Assembly: GCA_003427395.1 (NCBI GenBank)
Contig: BFEA01000008.1
Coordinates: forward strand, 266,969-330,968
Direction: 5' to 3'
From: Chara braunii
Lineage: Eukaryota > Plantae > Charophyceae
DNA length: 64,000 bases
A model generated the notes under the pieces. That model had not been told where the DNA came from and ran no database searches. It saw only the letters and a list, made by a program, of their open reading frames with translations. Below are positions 12,892 through 25,594 of this stretch, piece after piece. The position numbers and the translations under genes were made by a program. How positions within the stretch are numbered: the first letter of the stretch is position 1; each line of letters starts with the position of its first letter.

Positions 12892-14468
12892 TCACACGGG
12901 GAACTAAAGTCGCAAATATTTGAGGCATTACCGCCAATTTGCGACTTTGGGTACCCATGTGGTCAGGCGGGTGAACTCTGTCCACATAGGACAGTCGCGG
13001 CCTTGACATTTGCATGTCCCAGGAATTGCACGTAGTCACACTGCTTACAGCCAAAAATATACACAGTTTTTTTTTTTTTTCCAATGCTGAATTGACATGC
13101 ACGGCTGTTTAGCTCATGCACAATTTTTTTTTTTTTTTTTTTTTTAGGATGCACAAATTTCTTGAAATACCTCACGGCGAAAGGAAAAATAAAAAATCAA
13201 AAAGGTAATTTGAGACCACCTCTGGAGCATGGTCCCACTAGCAAAGGGATGTGATAGAAAAGAGTTTGTGTAGCAGTCGAGTGACCCAAACCGTGGCGTG
13301 CAGTACTCGTGATCCCACGGCCAGTATTTTACCCAGAAAAGTAAGGAGATCTTTGTTCTCCTCCTCCTCGCCTTAACATTGGGCATGGCGGTGCAAAGGA
13401 AGCTTCCCACCAAAATCTTTTTCAATTCCGTTGGGGGTATGGTCAACCCCAAAAGAGGGTGGGATGGGCCATAGGCCCAGTGGATAGAAGATTTCAGTAT
13501 CTTGCTTACTGTTGTGCAATTATCTCATTGGGTAGAGCTCTGCTTCAGTCACGGTGTATATGGAGGGCGGCATGATCACTGCTGACAGAAGTAGAGTTTA
13601 TTCCAGAAAAATGTGGCAGTTTGTTCACTGTTGTTGCAGCAACCACCACCATCAGATCATTTGTGATCTGATGGCTGGCAGACACTCTGCCCTGATTTCC
13701 GGTTGGAGGTCTCTGTTTCCTTTCTTTTTTTCTTTGCCTTTCTCATGTTTTCGCAGCCCAGAAATTCGTAATGAACCTGTCAGGCCGCTGCCAGTCGTTG
13801 TCACACTGGATCGGCCACACTCCTGTCCGACTGCTAATGGGACCATGCTCCTGGAGCTGGTCTCAAAAAGGGTCCTCCCGTGGCCCGGCAGGCTGCTGAC
13901 ATAAGGGTCACCAAGAAGTACATTTGGGTAGTGGGCCTCTCCAGTGTGACCCGAAAACTGCCTCAATTTTTGGGGATTTAAGGTCATCAGGTCCCCCTGT
14001 GAGTATACCCTCGGTCTCATTTTGCCCATTTGGAGAGTAGCGGAGGGAGGACCCCTGTTCTTAGGATTGAGCAACGGAAAACGAGGGTCCAGCAGCAGCA
14101 GACATCATCATGCCTTTTGAAAATTGGAATCCTAAAGAGTTTAGCATGGCCAACCCGGATACCATGTATACCTTGGAAAAGTAAGCAGTGTATAGTCGGG
14201 ACGAGACAGGAGGTATATAGCCCTTCTTGTCTTAGATCTTCTGGGTTTGCGCGTCTTATCTACCCTTGAACATGGCCTGCGGTAAATCTTGTTATCGTTC
14301 GTGCGTTTTTTCATCACCGAACTGACGCCCCAGGTAATTAAGCGTTAAGTTACCCATTCGGTTGCATCAATCAGATTGCGAAATGAGGTCTCTTTTTTTT
14401 CCCAACAGCTATTTGAGCACATAGGCTGGCTTGTGGTTCAAAGTTTTTGCGAATTGTTACTAGAATTA

Positions 14469-14644
14469 GGGCGAGATCCCACTGGCAAAGTGTCTGAATG
14501 TGGACGTGGTCGTGGACAGGTGCGAAAGTATGTGATGGCGCTACTCTTCTTTACCTCTGCATGGAACACGTCCAGATTCAGACACTTCTTCCAATCCTCT
14601 TTCAGATCTTTACTACAATCCTCTTTGCCTGTGGGATCTGGCCC
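14469..14644. mobile_element. ~170-bp fold-back Harbinger-type MITE
   Basis: TIR GGGCGAGATCCCAC...GTGGGATCTGGCCC with TSD TTA/TTA. Relatives at 26011, 27890 and 28420. Confidence 0.75.
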
Positions 14645-15624
14645 TTACTTTTTTGCATCTGTACTGCAAAGCCAGATCTCCAATTTTAGCGGATGTACTG
14701 CAGGGTGGTCCTGTTAGCACTGGAAATAGGTTAAGGGGGAAAAAAAAAAAAAGGAAAAAAAAGAAGAAGAAGAAATAGTGTAGGTATGACTGACCTGTGC
14801 GGGACAGGGGTGGGACTGTATTTCACACATGGAGAATAGAAGTAAGAATGTAGTCATGCTTTCCCTTCATAGGCCGATCAAGAGCTTGGTCATGCATGTG
14901 CTCATGCTCTCCCTCCATATGCTGATCTCCCATCAACCAGTGCCTGATGTTTAGAACATCTATTGGACCTTCTGAAGATTGCTGTCTGCAAAGAAAAGAC
15001 AAACAGAAGGAATGGCATCTGACCCAGCCCATGTGGCTGAGTGGTGCACACATGTGTACTTCATAATCAGAAACAGGTCATGAGCTAGAAAGAATCCTGC
15101 AGATATAAAATGGATGTGCAAGGTTAGAGGGGGGGGGGAAGAAGGAAAAGAAGGAGAAGAAGGAAAAGAATGGGCATCTGACAGAGTCTCTGCGTTCGCA
15201 GGGCGTAGGGCTCTGACATCCAACTACTTAGCCAATGACCGGATTTCTGATTGCTGTCTGAAATATGTAATGTAAAAAAAAAGCAGGAACAAAACAGGGT
15301 TGGAAAATGCAAGGTTGAAAAAAAAAAAAAAAAAAAAAAAAGCAAGGTTCCAAGTTTGTTTTTTTTTGAGGGCTCTGACATCCTACGACTTAGAGGGCGC
15401 TGACATCCTACGACTTAGGGGGCGCTGACATCCTACTACTTAAAGGGAGGGGGGGGGGGGGGGGGGGGGGGGTTTTTTTTTCTTTGGTTGTGGGAACGTA
15501 GTGTGAGTGAGGAGATGGTGTTTTTTTTTGTTTTTGTTTTTTTTTAATCTGGCGGGGGGGTGGGGGGGGAGTTTTGTTTTCGTATCCAGTTTGAGTGGTC
15601 TGGATTTGGTGGGAAGGTCTTTAT

Positions 15625-15766
15625 TTTCTTTTTTTTTTTTTAAATCTGGCGGACGGGCCTCTGCCAGGCAGTGATAAGAGCATCTGCCCCTGGGGAGCCC
15701 TCCTTTGATTACTCCATTCCATTGGTGGGGAGCTGCACCTGCTGGAAAACGGGTCCAGCGTCCCTT
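15625..15766 (-). mobile_element. 5'-truncated LINE/SINE 3' tail
   Basis: Poly(T), then ...ATTGGTGGGGAGCTGCACCTGCTGGAAAACGGGTCCAGCGTCCC, the same tail found downstream of a LINE ORF2 at 54068. Confidence 0.6.
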
Positions 15767-16867
15767 ACAATGATATCACGATGACAACAACCAATAAGTA
15801 ATCACAGTATTAGTGCAGTGGGATCCAGAGGAAGGGTGAGATCCTCTCTTTCATCCCACAAATGGCGTGAGAAGACTAGCTGTTTGTTCTGTGAGAAGTG
15901 AACGGAAGGTCATTTTGCACATCAGTGGCCAGTTCTAAGGAACAGGAGGGGTACTAAGGTTTCGTATTTCGAACCTTGGGGGGGGGGAAAGGGTTAGCTT
16001 TAGGGTCCGATGGGGATGTGTTGTATTCGAGGGATGCCTGAAGTGGATTTTAAAGTTTATGGCCAAAGTTAAACCTGACTGCGCCCTAGTTACTTTCACA
16101 TGAAAAAAAACTATGGCCAAAGTCCATCTGTTCGATCTTGAAATATCCACAGATTCATCCCGTCACACTGACATCTCACGTACTATCCTATGCGCTTGCT
16201 AACGGGGCTGGCTGCGTAACTACCCAAAGGTAGAAAATGAGACGGAATCCACCACTAGAACCTGGAACGTTGCCTTGCCATTCTTTTTAGTCTTTTGTGC
16301 ATGTCGAGAGTAGTGAAGCTAGGCCCTTTTTTTTTTTTAAATTTTAAACACACGCGCTCCATCTATTGGTGGGGAGCGGCACCTGCTGGTAACCGGGTCC
16401 AGCGTCCCATAGATACAACCATATCCTCTCAAATTGGCACGAGCTGGGAACAGGGCCCCGCTTCCCTTGAGTACGTTCAGAAAAACCATCAGAAAATTTC
16501 ATGACAATGAAACTAAGGGTATATGGAGGCTACTTCAGAGCTTTTTGTAAGGGACATTCAGAGATAAACAAAAACCAGTAGAAGACTCGGGAATCCACCA
16601 GCAGTCCTCCTCACCCCACTCCGGCAAGACTTACTGCAGCAAAGCCACCATCTCTACTGCTGCTATGCCCTATTTCAGTCCTACCAGCTAGCCCCTTCAC
16701 TAGCAGGACGCGTGATACCTTTCTCTATCGATCCCTTACCTTCCTGTTACTCAGAAAAGGAACGGGAATAGACTGCAAAGGTCCTAAAAAAGCCCCCAAT
16801 CCTGCAAAATCCCTAACAGATCCTTCCAAGGATCTCCAACGCTGTTGTATTCCCTGCCGAGCTTCCA

Positions 16868-18010
16868 GGCGTCACACCCCCCATCCTGCTGGGTTACAGG
16901 GCAACACAACTCACCCCAGCTCCGGCCAACGTCGTCTCCGCAGCAACCCTTGGTTGTCCCGTGGGATACCCCCCCAAAGCACCCCCAGATCTCTCTACCA
17001 GGCCTCATGCCCCTGCATCAACAGGTTACAGGGCAACACCCCAGCACCAGCCAGCGTCGTTCTGGCGTCGAACAGCCTTAGGTCACCGAGTATTACAGCC
17101 TTGAAACTACCTAGAAGAGATTGCCAGGAAACCCCAGGATCCAGAAGACTTTTGAAGAACAGAACAGACTACCCCCTTTTTCTGAGAATTGGATTTAACT
17201 ACGTAAAAATTCGTAATTGAAAACATAAAAAAGGCCTAGCGGGTCCTAGAAATGCTCAGAAACCCTTGGAAACCCTAACGCTCCTTCCGAGGCCTTTCAA
17301 CACTGTCCTACTCGCTGCCGAGCTCTTCCAGGTCTCACACCCCACATCCTGCTATGTTACAGGGTGACACAACTCACCCCAGCTCCGACCAGCATCGTCC
17401 CAGCAGCAACCCTTAGCTGTTCCCTAGGATGCCCACCCCTAACCATCCCCAGATCTCTCTACCAGGCCTCATGCTCCTGCATCACAGGTCACAGTGTAAC
17501 ACCCCAGCTCCGGCCAGCGTCGTTCTGGCATCGAGCAGCCACAGGTCTGTGAGTATAACAGCATCAAAAACCACCTGAGAAAAGTTGCTAGGGATCCCGG
17601 GAGCCCAAAAGCATTCTTAAGACCCCTGAACAGCCATCTGTAAAAAGAAAAAAGAAGGGGGGGGGAAGTCAAAACTAAATACCAACCATCCTAAAGACCC
17701 TCCCTCAACAAAGGAGCCGTCGGTCTCGACTTTCAGTCCTCGAACCAGAACACACTTGGTCTCATACCCCCTTCTGCATGGGTAACAGGGCACCGCAACC
17801 TTCCCCAGTACCGACCAACCTAGTTCTGTCGGATAGGAAGTGCCTTCCTCCCTCGACAATTCCCATAGCGACAAACCCCCACACAGGTTACTGGGTCAGA
17901 ACCCCGGTGCCGCTTGTGTTGGACGATCTGGTTATGCCTTCCACCCTCGGCATAATTCCATGGGCCTCAAGCTCCCCCCTTGGTCACAGAGCCAAGCTCC
18001 AGCACCGGCC
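16868..18010 (-). ncRNA. Array of 7 SRP-Alu-domain-like three-way-junction motifs
   Basis: Units at 16868, 17001, 17331, 17465, 17758, ~17867 and 17963 show compensatory changes and a UGURA-type junction. Confidence 0.6.
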
Positions 18011-18154
18011 CATGTCATCCCAGCCTCGTCCTCCCGACCTACTCACCTTCCCCGACATCCATCCTCTAATTGAAGGCCATCTTTCCTCCGCCCATCCTCC
18101 CCTTTTTAATTCCCCCCCTCCTTCCTTGATCAAAATCAAAATTATCTGAGTGTA

Positions 18155-18510
18155 TAGAGCTTCTATAGGAATTTATTAGAAGAATCTTTTCAGAAATTTC
18201 TTAGAAGCTTTTATAGGAAAATATTTCGTTTATGGAACTTCTATAGGAATTTATTTGAAGAATCGTTTCAAAAATTTCTTAGAAGTTTTTATAGGAAAAT
18301 ATTTCGAAAATATTTTTAGAAGCTTTTATAGGAAAATATTTCGAGAAGGAGAAGTTTTTTGAAGCTTTTATTCGGAAAATATTTTGAGTTGTAGAATCAG
18401 AAGTTTCTGAGAAGATTTGATAGGAAATTATTTCGAGAATATTTTTAAAAGCTTTTATAGGAAAAAAATTCGAGAATCAGAAGTTTTTTTTTGGAAGCTT
18501 TTATAGGAAT
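18155..18510. repeat. AT-rich minisatellite (AGAAGCTTTTATAGGAAAATATTTCG-like, ~30-bp period)
   Basis: About ten degenerate tandem units are directly visible. Confidence 0.8.
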
Positions 18511-19494
18511 TCCAGTACGAGGTTTGAAGTCTAAACCGAGCATGTCGATCATCAGGAAAATTCCAATTGATCAGTAGAGAGAAAACAAATCAGGAAATCA
18601 TAGATTGAGAAATTCAGAAGAGCACCCAATGAACAATAGAAAGAAATAGAATCAAGAAATCGTGAACTGAGATCTTCTGATTATCCACCCTTATAGAATC
18701 TATCATGAGTACATGTGAATTAGGAAATCATGGTTATGAGCAGGGGGAAGCTGCCCTCCTTCCTTTCTTGCAGCCGTGTGACTTAGTAAAAAATCCCGTA
18801 AGAAGAAAAACCCTCTGTCTCCCCTTCATCCACCCTCACTCAAACCCAACCCCTTCACCTTCGGGAGGGAAGAACAAAACTCCCTCCATCTACCTGCCCT
18901 ACCAGCCTCAAGGGCCTGCCATAACCCAACACAGGCAAACGAAGGTACCAATCGGCCATCCCCCTAAACTTCTCCAACATCGGGATGGTGGGGCAACATC
19001 TCGTTGAGCCTGCCAACGAGCTACCCCAGGGAGTTCAAGCTTACCGCAGAGACTTGAGTCCACCGCTTCGCAGGGCAGATGAAAGTAGACGGAGGAGACC
19101 ATGCATCCTATGCCGTCATCTCCAGCCGCTCTCCTTGTGGCGCCTTAATCAGCAAACACGTGCAGAAAGGGAAAGAAAGGATGTCGAAAGGAGAAGGGTC
19201 CACACGCTCGACTTCCATGGCGCGCCCTAAAACTTCGATATCTCGTGATTCGCTGGGCCGTTCGGTCTGAAATTTGGACCACCTCTTCTCCTCAGCGTAG
19301 ACCACCGGTGGTCCAAATTTCAGCTCAGGGCGCGCGCCCAATCGCGTGCAATCCTCGAGCGCGCACGGGCGATTTTCCTTGCTGCGCGCTGTTACCCGAC
19401 GCGCGCGGCTCCTCTCCGTGGTGACCTTGATTGATGCTGCCGGGGCGCAGCGCTCCCGGTAGCGCTGTGCCCCGCCCCCAACACTCATAACGCA

Positions 19495-22330
19495 TTTTTT
19501 CTTATTGTTATTGTTATTGTTCTTGTTATTTTTATTGTTATTAACTTAATTGTAATTAATTTATGCATCAGCAACACATATTCATGAAACAATGACCCAC
19601 GTCCACGGACACCTCAGCATTACTTGGCCCCATTACATTACCCAGCTTGGACTGAAAGAATGCAAAGACCAGGTCGAATGCTTAGAATCCCTTGACTCCC
19701 AAACAAAACTCTCTAAAACTGTCCAACACTGTCTTATTCCCGGTCGAGCTCTCCCAGGCCTCACACCCCCACCCGGCTAGGTGACAGAGCAACACGACTA
19801 GCCCCAGCTCCGGCCAGCGTCGTCCCATCAGCAACCCTGGTTATCCCTTGGAATGCCCCCCCAAAGCATCCCCAGATCTCTCTACCGGGCCTCACGCTCC
19901 TGCAAGCAGCAGGTTACAGGGCAACACCCCAGCACCGGCCAGCGTCGTTCTGGCATCGAACAACCGCAGATCCATGAATGTACCAATATTAAGCAGCCTA
20001 AAGTGAGTTGCTAGAAGTCCCCTGAATCCTAAAGCATTCACTAGTTTTGCTAAGAAACAAAAAACACATGCACAATTCAGAAAACAAACTCAGATACGCC
20101 CATCAATCCTCTTTCCTTCCTCCGGCAAGACTTACTGCAACAGAGCCACCATCTCCACTGCTGCTATACCCTATTTCCATCCTACTAGCTAGCCCCGTCA
20201 CTAATAGGGCGCTTGATATCCCACCATCTACTTATCCCACTCACATCTTTTTTTGAAAAAAATTAAGGAGAATTCCAAGAAATTTAGAAAAATTGGAGAA
20301 ACGAAAATCAGAGTTGGACCCACCACCAATCCAAATCAATCCCTCACTACAGGCGAGAAACCACCACTCAAGCTTTCAGTCCTCATACCAGAAGTCGTCA
20401 GTTCTCACACCCCCCTTGCTAGGGTTACAAGGCAACACAAAATGCCCCAGCACCGCACTAACTGTCTTCTGGCGGATAGGAAGTGTCTTCCTCCCTTGAC
20501 AACTTCCTAAGCTGCCAACCCCCCTACCGGGTTATAGGGTCACTGCCCCAGCATCAGCTACGTTGAAAGAAGTGGTTATGCCTTCCACCCTCGGCATAGC
20601 TCCAATGGCCTCAAGCTCCTCCCACGGTCACAGAGCCACTGATCCAGCACCGGCCACTGTTGGCCCACCCCGTCCCCTGAGCCACCCTTCCCCTACTGCG
20701 CAAGCCCACCCAAAATTTCTTCCAAACCATGCTTCCGATTTTCACCCTCCATTCAAAAACCAAAAGGAGGAAGGACAAGGACTAGAACCACTAACAATCC
20801 AACTCCTACCCTCGCCACCGATGAAGGACACGCCGACCAAGCTTCCAGTCCTCGTACCAGAAATCATTAGATCTCATACCCCCCTGCTAGGTTTACAAGG
20901 CAACACAAACTGCCCCAGTACCGATCTAACTATTTCTGACGGACAGAGAGTGCCTCCCCCCCTCGACAACTCTCTGAACTGTATGGCCCCTCAAAAGGTT
21001 ACAGGGTCGCCGCCCCGGCAACAGCTACGTCGGGCGAGATGGTTATGCCTTCCACCCTCGGCATAACTTCAATGGCCTTAGGCCCCCCCTGGTCACAGAG
21101 CAAATGCTCCAGCACCGGCCAATGTCGTCCCNCCCCNCCCTTCTAGTTAGACTTACCACTCTGAACCGCCGATCTCTCTTCTAAGTGAGCCCCCCACTTC
21201 CCACCTACCTCGAATTCGACCTTCCCCCTTCTGATTTGCAGCACTGAACTAAGACTAATTACTTGAGAAAAAACTATTTGAAAAATACCACACGAATATG
21301 AATTTCAAAAGCGTTGTATTCAGAACAGGAAAATCAATTGCTATATTGATAAGAGTTGGAAAGTAGAGAAAACACTAAGACTAATTTGCTAAGTAAAAAC
21401 TAATTAACATCAAAAAGATTGGGAAAAGGCAAATCTCTCAGACCGAAAATACGAGTTGATGACTTAGGAAATCCAAGTAGGTAAACACATTAGGTGCTAG
21501 CGATGTCTGTTCTTGCAGGACCGCTAAAGAAAACCGAATCTGGTGTCCACCCGGATTTTCGACTCTGGTTTTCGGAACCCAAGGTTCAGGAAATCGTTCA
21601 GACCGTAAATCATGAAAATGCTCAGACAGTAAATCAGAACCGTAAATCAGGAGTTACAAAGTAGAAGAAACAGATAGACAGTCAAACTTTACAGCAAACA
21701 TACAAATTCTCATTGGGATATACCATCAGCTACCCTGATTAGGACTTAAAACCAATACAATGAAAATTTCCAATTGATTCAACCTAGAGCAGTCATGGGT
21801 AATTTCAACTCTAAAAAATTCCACAGAATCACTGACGATTGACAGTGGTACATAAGACTCACGACTAGGATACAAAAACTAGATTAGCTAATCAAGAAAA
21901 TTTAATCAGTATTTCCATCAACCCAGACAACACGACCCTAAGTATGGCGTCCGGACTCAGGACGAAACGATAAGAGGAACAATCCACCAAATAATCCCTG
22001 TCCTGTTTTCTTCAACAGCCCCCATCTTATCACAACTCCCTCAAACCCTACCCCAGGATTTTCGGGGGAGGAGAACCACCTCCCATTACTAGCACCTAGG
22101 CTCTGAGCAACGCTAGCACTGAAAACATTGACGCACTTCTTCCGTTTCCCAAAAGAAAACCAGAAAAAAGTGTGGCTCCACCTCACCAAACCCGTTAGCG
22201 AGGCGCCACAGGAGGTTCAAGCATCCATCCATAACCACTTACCACCCTGTTGAAGAAGAGGAGAGAGACGACCTCATCACCCACACCAATCCGTTGCCCC
22301 TTTCGAAACTCCGCCCTATTCACATATCAT
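19495..22330 (-). mobile_element. Alu-like-motif array retroposon, copy B
   Basis: T/TTG-rich tail at 19495-19545 and eight motifs at 19757-21120. 19670-20040 is the reverse complement of ~38685-39047, and 21249-21295 matches 37209-37254. The 5' boundary is uncertain. Confidence 0.65.
19757..21120 (-). ncRNA. Array of 8 SRP-Alu-domain-like motifs
   Basis: Units at 19757, 19888, 20401, 20510, 20607, 20869, ~20979 and 21074. Confidence 0.6.
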
Positions 22331-22857
22331 CAAGAAGAGAGGCCTCACGAATGCCCAGCAGCTGATGACGACTCCAACAGCGAATCCTGCATGCACACCA
22401 ACCATAGCCACCACCCCCGGTCCAAAAATTGTTGTCTTGTTTTCTTTCTCCCTTCTGAACCGCAGTTGCCTTCCCTCTTTTTCTTTCTTTTTTTCTTTTT
22501 TCCCCCCTTCTTCTTCTTCTTCTTCTTCTTCTCTCTGAGTAGCCCATATTTCTGGATCCCCTCATGGCCAAATTGCAGAAATACCTCTTTGCCAACGTAT
22601 CGTAGCAACTTCAACTTTACCGGTCTGCGCAGGTTTGGTGACAAACAAACACGTTTGCGAGCACCCCAGCCTTTTTTGAGGTCTATCTGTGTAGAAATGC
22701 TGGTCCTTGGGAAAAGAAAAAAAAAGCCGATCCGTGACGACCGTGACGTTTCAGTTGCCAGTTGTGATGTTTCCGTTGACAGTTGCAAATATACAGGGCG
22801 GTACCTGGTTTTGCAACAGAGGACCTGTGGGCCTTGGACCTTGGAGCTCTTGCCTCA

Positions 22858-23549
22858 GGTATGTCAGCTATGGACAACCAGATGGTAGTAACGGTCACTC
22901 AGCACACCGAGCTCCAAACATCCATACACACCACACCAAACCAGTCGGAGACAGCCAAAATAAGGGTGTGTTGTGTTCGGGGGAAGACGGTAGTCGTCCT
23001 AGCTTGAACCGCCAACGATGGCTGCTCTGGTACTATTGGCGTACTCGCAGTAGCTTGCCCGCCAGGTTGCCCACCATTGAGCCTCCTATCCGGTAACGGA
23101 CAGCACCACGAAATATGTCCTGGTTGGCCGCAGTTGTAGCAAGTTCGAACCCTGGTACATTGGAGTTGCCGTTAGATGCCATCAATATCTTCACTGGAAG
23201 CTACTTCGACAATAGTATCACTTCTACGTCGGTTACTCCGCGAAAGAGAGGTATGTCAGCTATGGACAAGCAGATGGTAGTGACAGTCACTCAGCACACC
23301 GAGCTCCAGACATAGGTACACACAACACCAAGCCAGGTGGAGAGCCAAGAGACTTGCTGTTAATACCGCCTGCAGTATCTTCCAACGTGCTAACACGTAT
23401 CCCCAACCCACTACCACTACCACTTCCTCGGTTGTTGGAATACCCGTAGTAGTATATGGAACCGCCGTTCTCACATCAGTACTACGGTACTACTACCCGT
23501 CGTAGCTGCAACCGTCAACAATGGCTGCGCTGGTACCGCCAGGTTGCCC
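22858..23549. repeat. Local degenerate duplication
   Basis: GGTATGTCAGCTATGGACAA...CACACCGAGCTCCA at 22858 and 23250. CGTC(C/G)TAGCT...ATGGCTGC at 22995 and 23498. Confidence 0.7.
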
Positions 23550-23743
23550 NNNNNNNNNNNNNNNNNNNNNNNNNNNNNNNNNNNNNNNNAAAAAAAAAAA
23601 AAAAAAAAAACAAAGCAGGTACCGGCCGTCAAATCTGCACAGAAACCGTTTTTTTTTTTTCTCTTTTTTTTGAAAGGGCGACGGCCTTGAGATACTACCA
23701 TTGAGCTGACTGGCCCCAAGCAACTCGTTAGTAGTTGGTTTTA

Positions 23744-24172
23744 GGGCGTCGTTCGACACTCCTCGGGGACGCGATTCCGAGGATTCCGTCGTCTTTCCAC
23801 CTGTCCTCAGAGCCGATTTTCGGAACAGAAATGTGAAAACACTCCGAGGATAAATCCTTGGGCTCCGAGGATTTCCCAGCCAAATCGCCTCTTGGAGCCC
23901 GAGGATCCGTGTTTCACAGAGAGAAGAGGGCACACACATAGAGAGACGCTACAACCGAGAATTCTGATCGTGGCGGCACCCGATTGGCTGAAAGCCTGAA
24001 GCACAACTTTTTTTCTTTTTTTTTTTCCTTTATTTTTCTAACATTGCTCTGAGGATGAGTCCTAAAACCGATGCTCCGAGGATGAGTGGAACGAAGACGA
24101 CAAAACCCTTAACTTTTCCGAGGATTCATCCTCGGAGCCCGAGGATGCCCCGAGGAGTGTCGAACGACGCCC
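23744..24172. mobile_element. PIF/Harbinger (Tourist-like) MITE
   Basis: TIR GGGCGTCGTTCGACACTCCTCGGGG with TSD TTA/TTA and many internal CCGAGGA motifs. Confidence 0.9.
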
Positions 24173-24267
24173 TTACTCATCAAGTTCCATCATCATCTGG
24201 ATTCGAATCCGGTCTGTATTTCACTAGTTCAGAGGTGTATCCACTGAACTAGGCGCACGGTCGGTCC

Positions 24268-24291
24268 CTGTCTCTTATACACATCTAGATG
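24268..24291 (+). other. Nextera mate-pair junction adapter (Tn5 mosaic end), assembly contamination
   Basis: Exact CTGTCTCTTATACACATCT followed by AGATG, the first 24 nt of the junction adapter. Confidence 0.95.
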
Positions 24292-24326
24292 ATTTCAACA
24301 GTTCAATGGTGTACCCGCTGAGCTAA

Positions 24327-24765
24327 GGGCGTCGTTCGACACTCCTCGGGGACGCGATTCCGAGGATTCCGTCGTCGTTCCGCCTGTCCTCAGAGATGAA
24401 ATCGGAAATGAAAATGTGAAAACACTCCGAGAACAAATCCTTGGGCTCCGAGGATTTCCCACCCAAATCGTCCTCGGCTCCAAAGGACCTCGCGAGGTCC
24501 TTTGGGGCCCGAGGATCCATGTTTCACGGAGAGGAGAGGGAATGCATGTAGAGAGACGACACAACGGAGAATTCTGATCGTGGCGGCACCCTATTGCCTG
24601 AAGCCCAATTTTTTTTCTTTTTTTTCCCTCTTATTTTTCTGACATTGCTCCAAGGATGAGTCCTTAAACCGATGCTCCGAGGATGAGTGGAACGAAGACG
24701 ACAAAAAACCTAAATTTTTCCGAGGATTCATCCTCGGAGCCCCCGAGGAGTGTCGAACGACGCCC
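24327..24765. mobile_element. Second copy of the 23744 MITE
   Basis: Same TIRs, diverged interior, flanks TAA / TCA. Confidence 0.85.
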
Positions 24766-25594
24766 TCAGGCTCCTGGGTCACAGAAACCTTTTAAAAAAC
24801 GGCCGTTCTGCAACGTCAGCGGTATATGGTTTTTTTTTTTTTGTTTTTTTTTTTTTTTTTTTGGTATGTTTCAAAACACGTATTTCGGTAATTTGCCTTG
24901 TGTTGGGAGAGCTATAGGTCTGGCTCTAGCTGGTGCTGGACTCCATCTTTTTTTTGCCCTTCCCTGAGTGGCAATGCCTACGATTAGGAGTAGTGGTAGG
25001 TAGGTAGTGTGAGGTGAAATTGAGAGAAGAATATAGCTTTCTCGCTCGCTTTCGCTATAGGTCTGCCTCTGTATTGCTGGGAGGGGCTACACATGACGGC
25101 GATGTGAGCCAGAAGGACCTCTTCGTTTTCACGAGGGGACTAGAACCCCCCCGTCCCCCACCCTCTCAAGGCCATGCTCGCACTAATCCGTCTCTGCAGG
25201 CATCTGACCGCTTTAACGGGCAGGGTCAGCCCTGGATGGATCTGACGTCTGGAGATCAGTTGAATAAGTCCCAATTGTGTCAGTATGCCCTATTGCATCA
25301 CCACACCAATCTCGAAATGGGCAAAATGAGAATGAACTTCCTTTTAGAACACGGGCAGATGCACCCTCCACACTTTTGTCCTTTCCACATTTCGCGAGTG
25401 GTGTCACGAGGCCCTTAGACAGGAGACATACCTCTTCATCGCCTCGAGGGGGCAAACAATTGGAAAAAACTCCTGTCGATGAGGCTTTTTTTTTTGGGGC
25501 AGAGGTCATTCAGGTCATCTCAACTTGTTTCCTTTCAGGTAAGGTCCAGCTTTTTTTTTTTTTTTGAAGGTCCAGCTTTAGGATATGGTTGCAT

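Larger units (their letters stand above)
16327..19473 (-). mobile_element. Alu-like-motif array retroposon, copy A (~3.1 kb)
   Basis: The 5' hairpin at 19442-19473 matches 36013-36040. Seven structured motifs at 16868-18010, a LINE-type tail at 16360-16409, and poly(T) at 16327-16338. Confidence 0.7.

Noticed and set aside
16868-21120. Array units as twister, hammerhead or HDV ribozymes
   Set aside because: No CUGANGA/GAAA core. GGTTACAGGGC only superficially resembles twister and lies on the strand where the stems become C-A mismatches. No nested double pseudoknot was found by eye.
24268-24286. Genuine Tn5/IS50 end from horizontal transfer
   Set aside because: It is the synthetic hyperactive mosaic end continuing into the junction-adapter palindrome.
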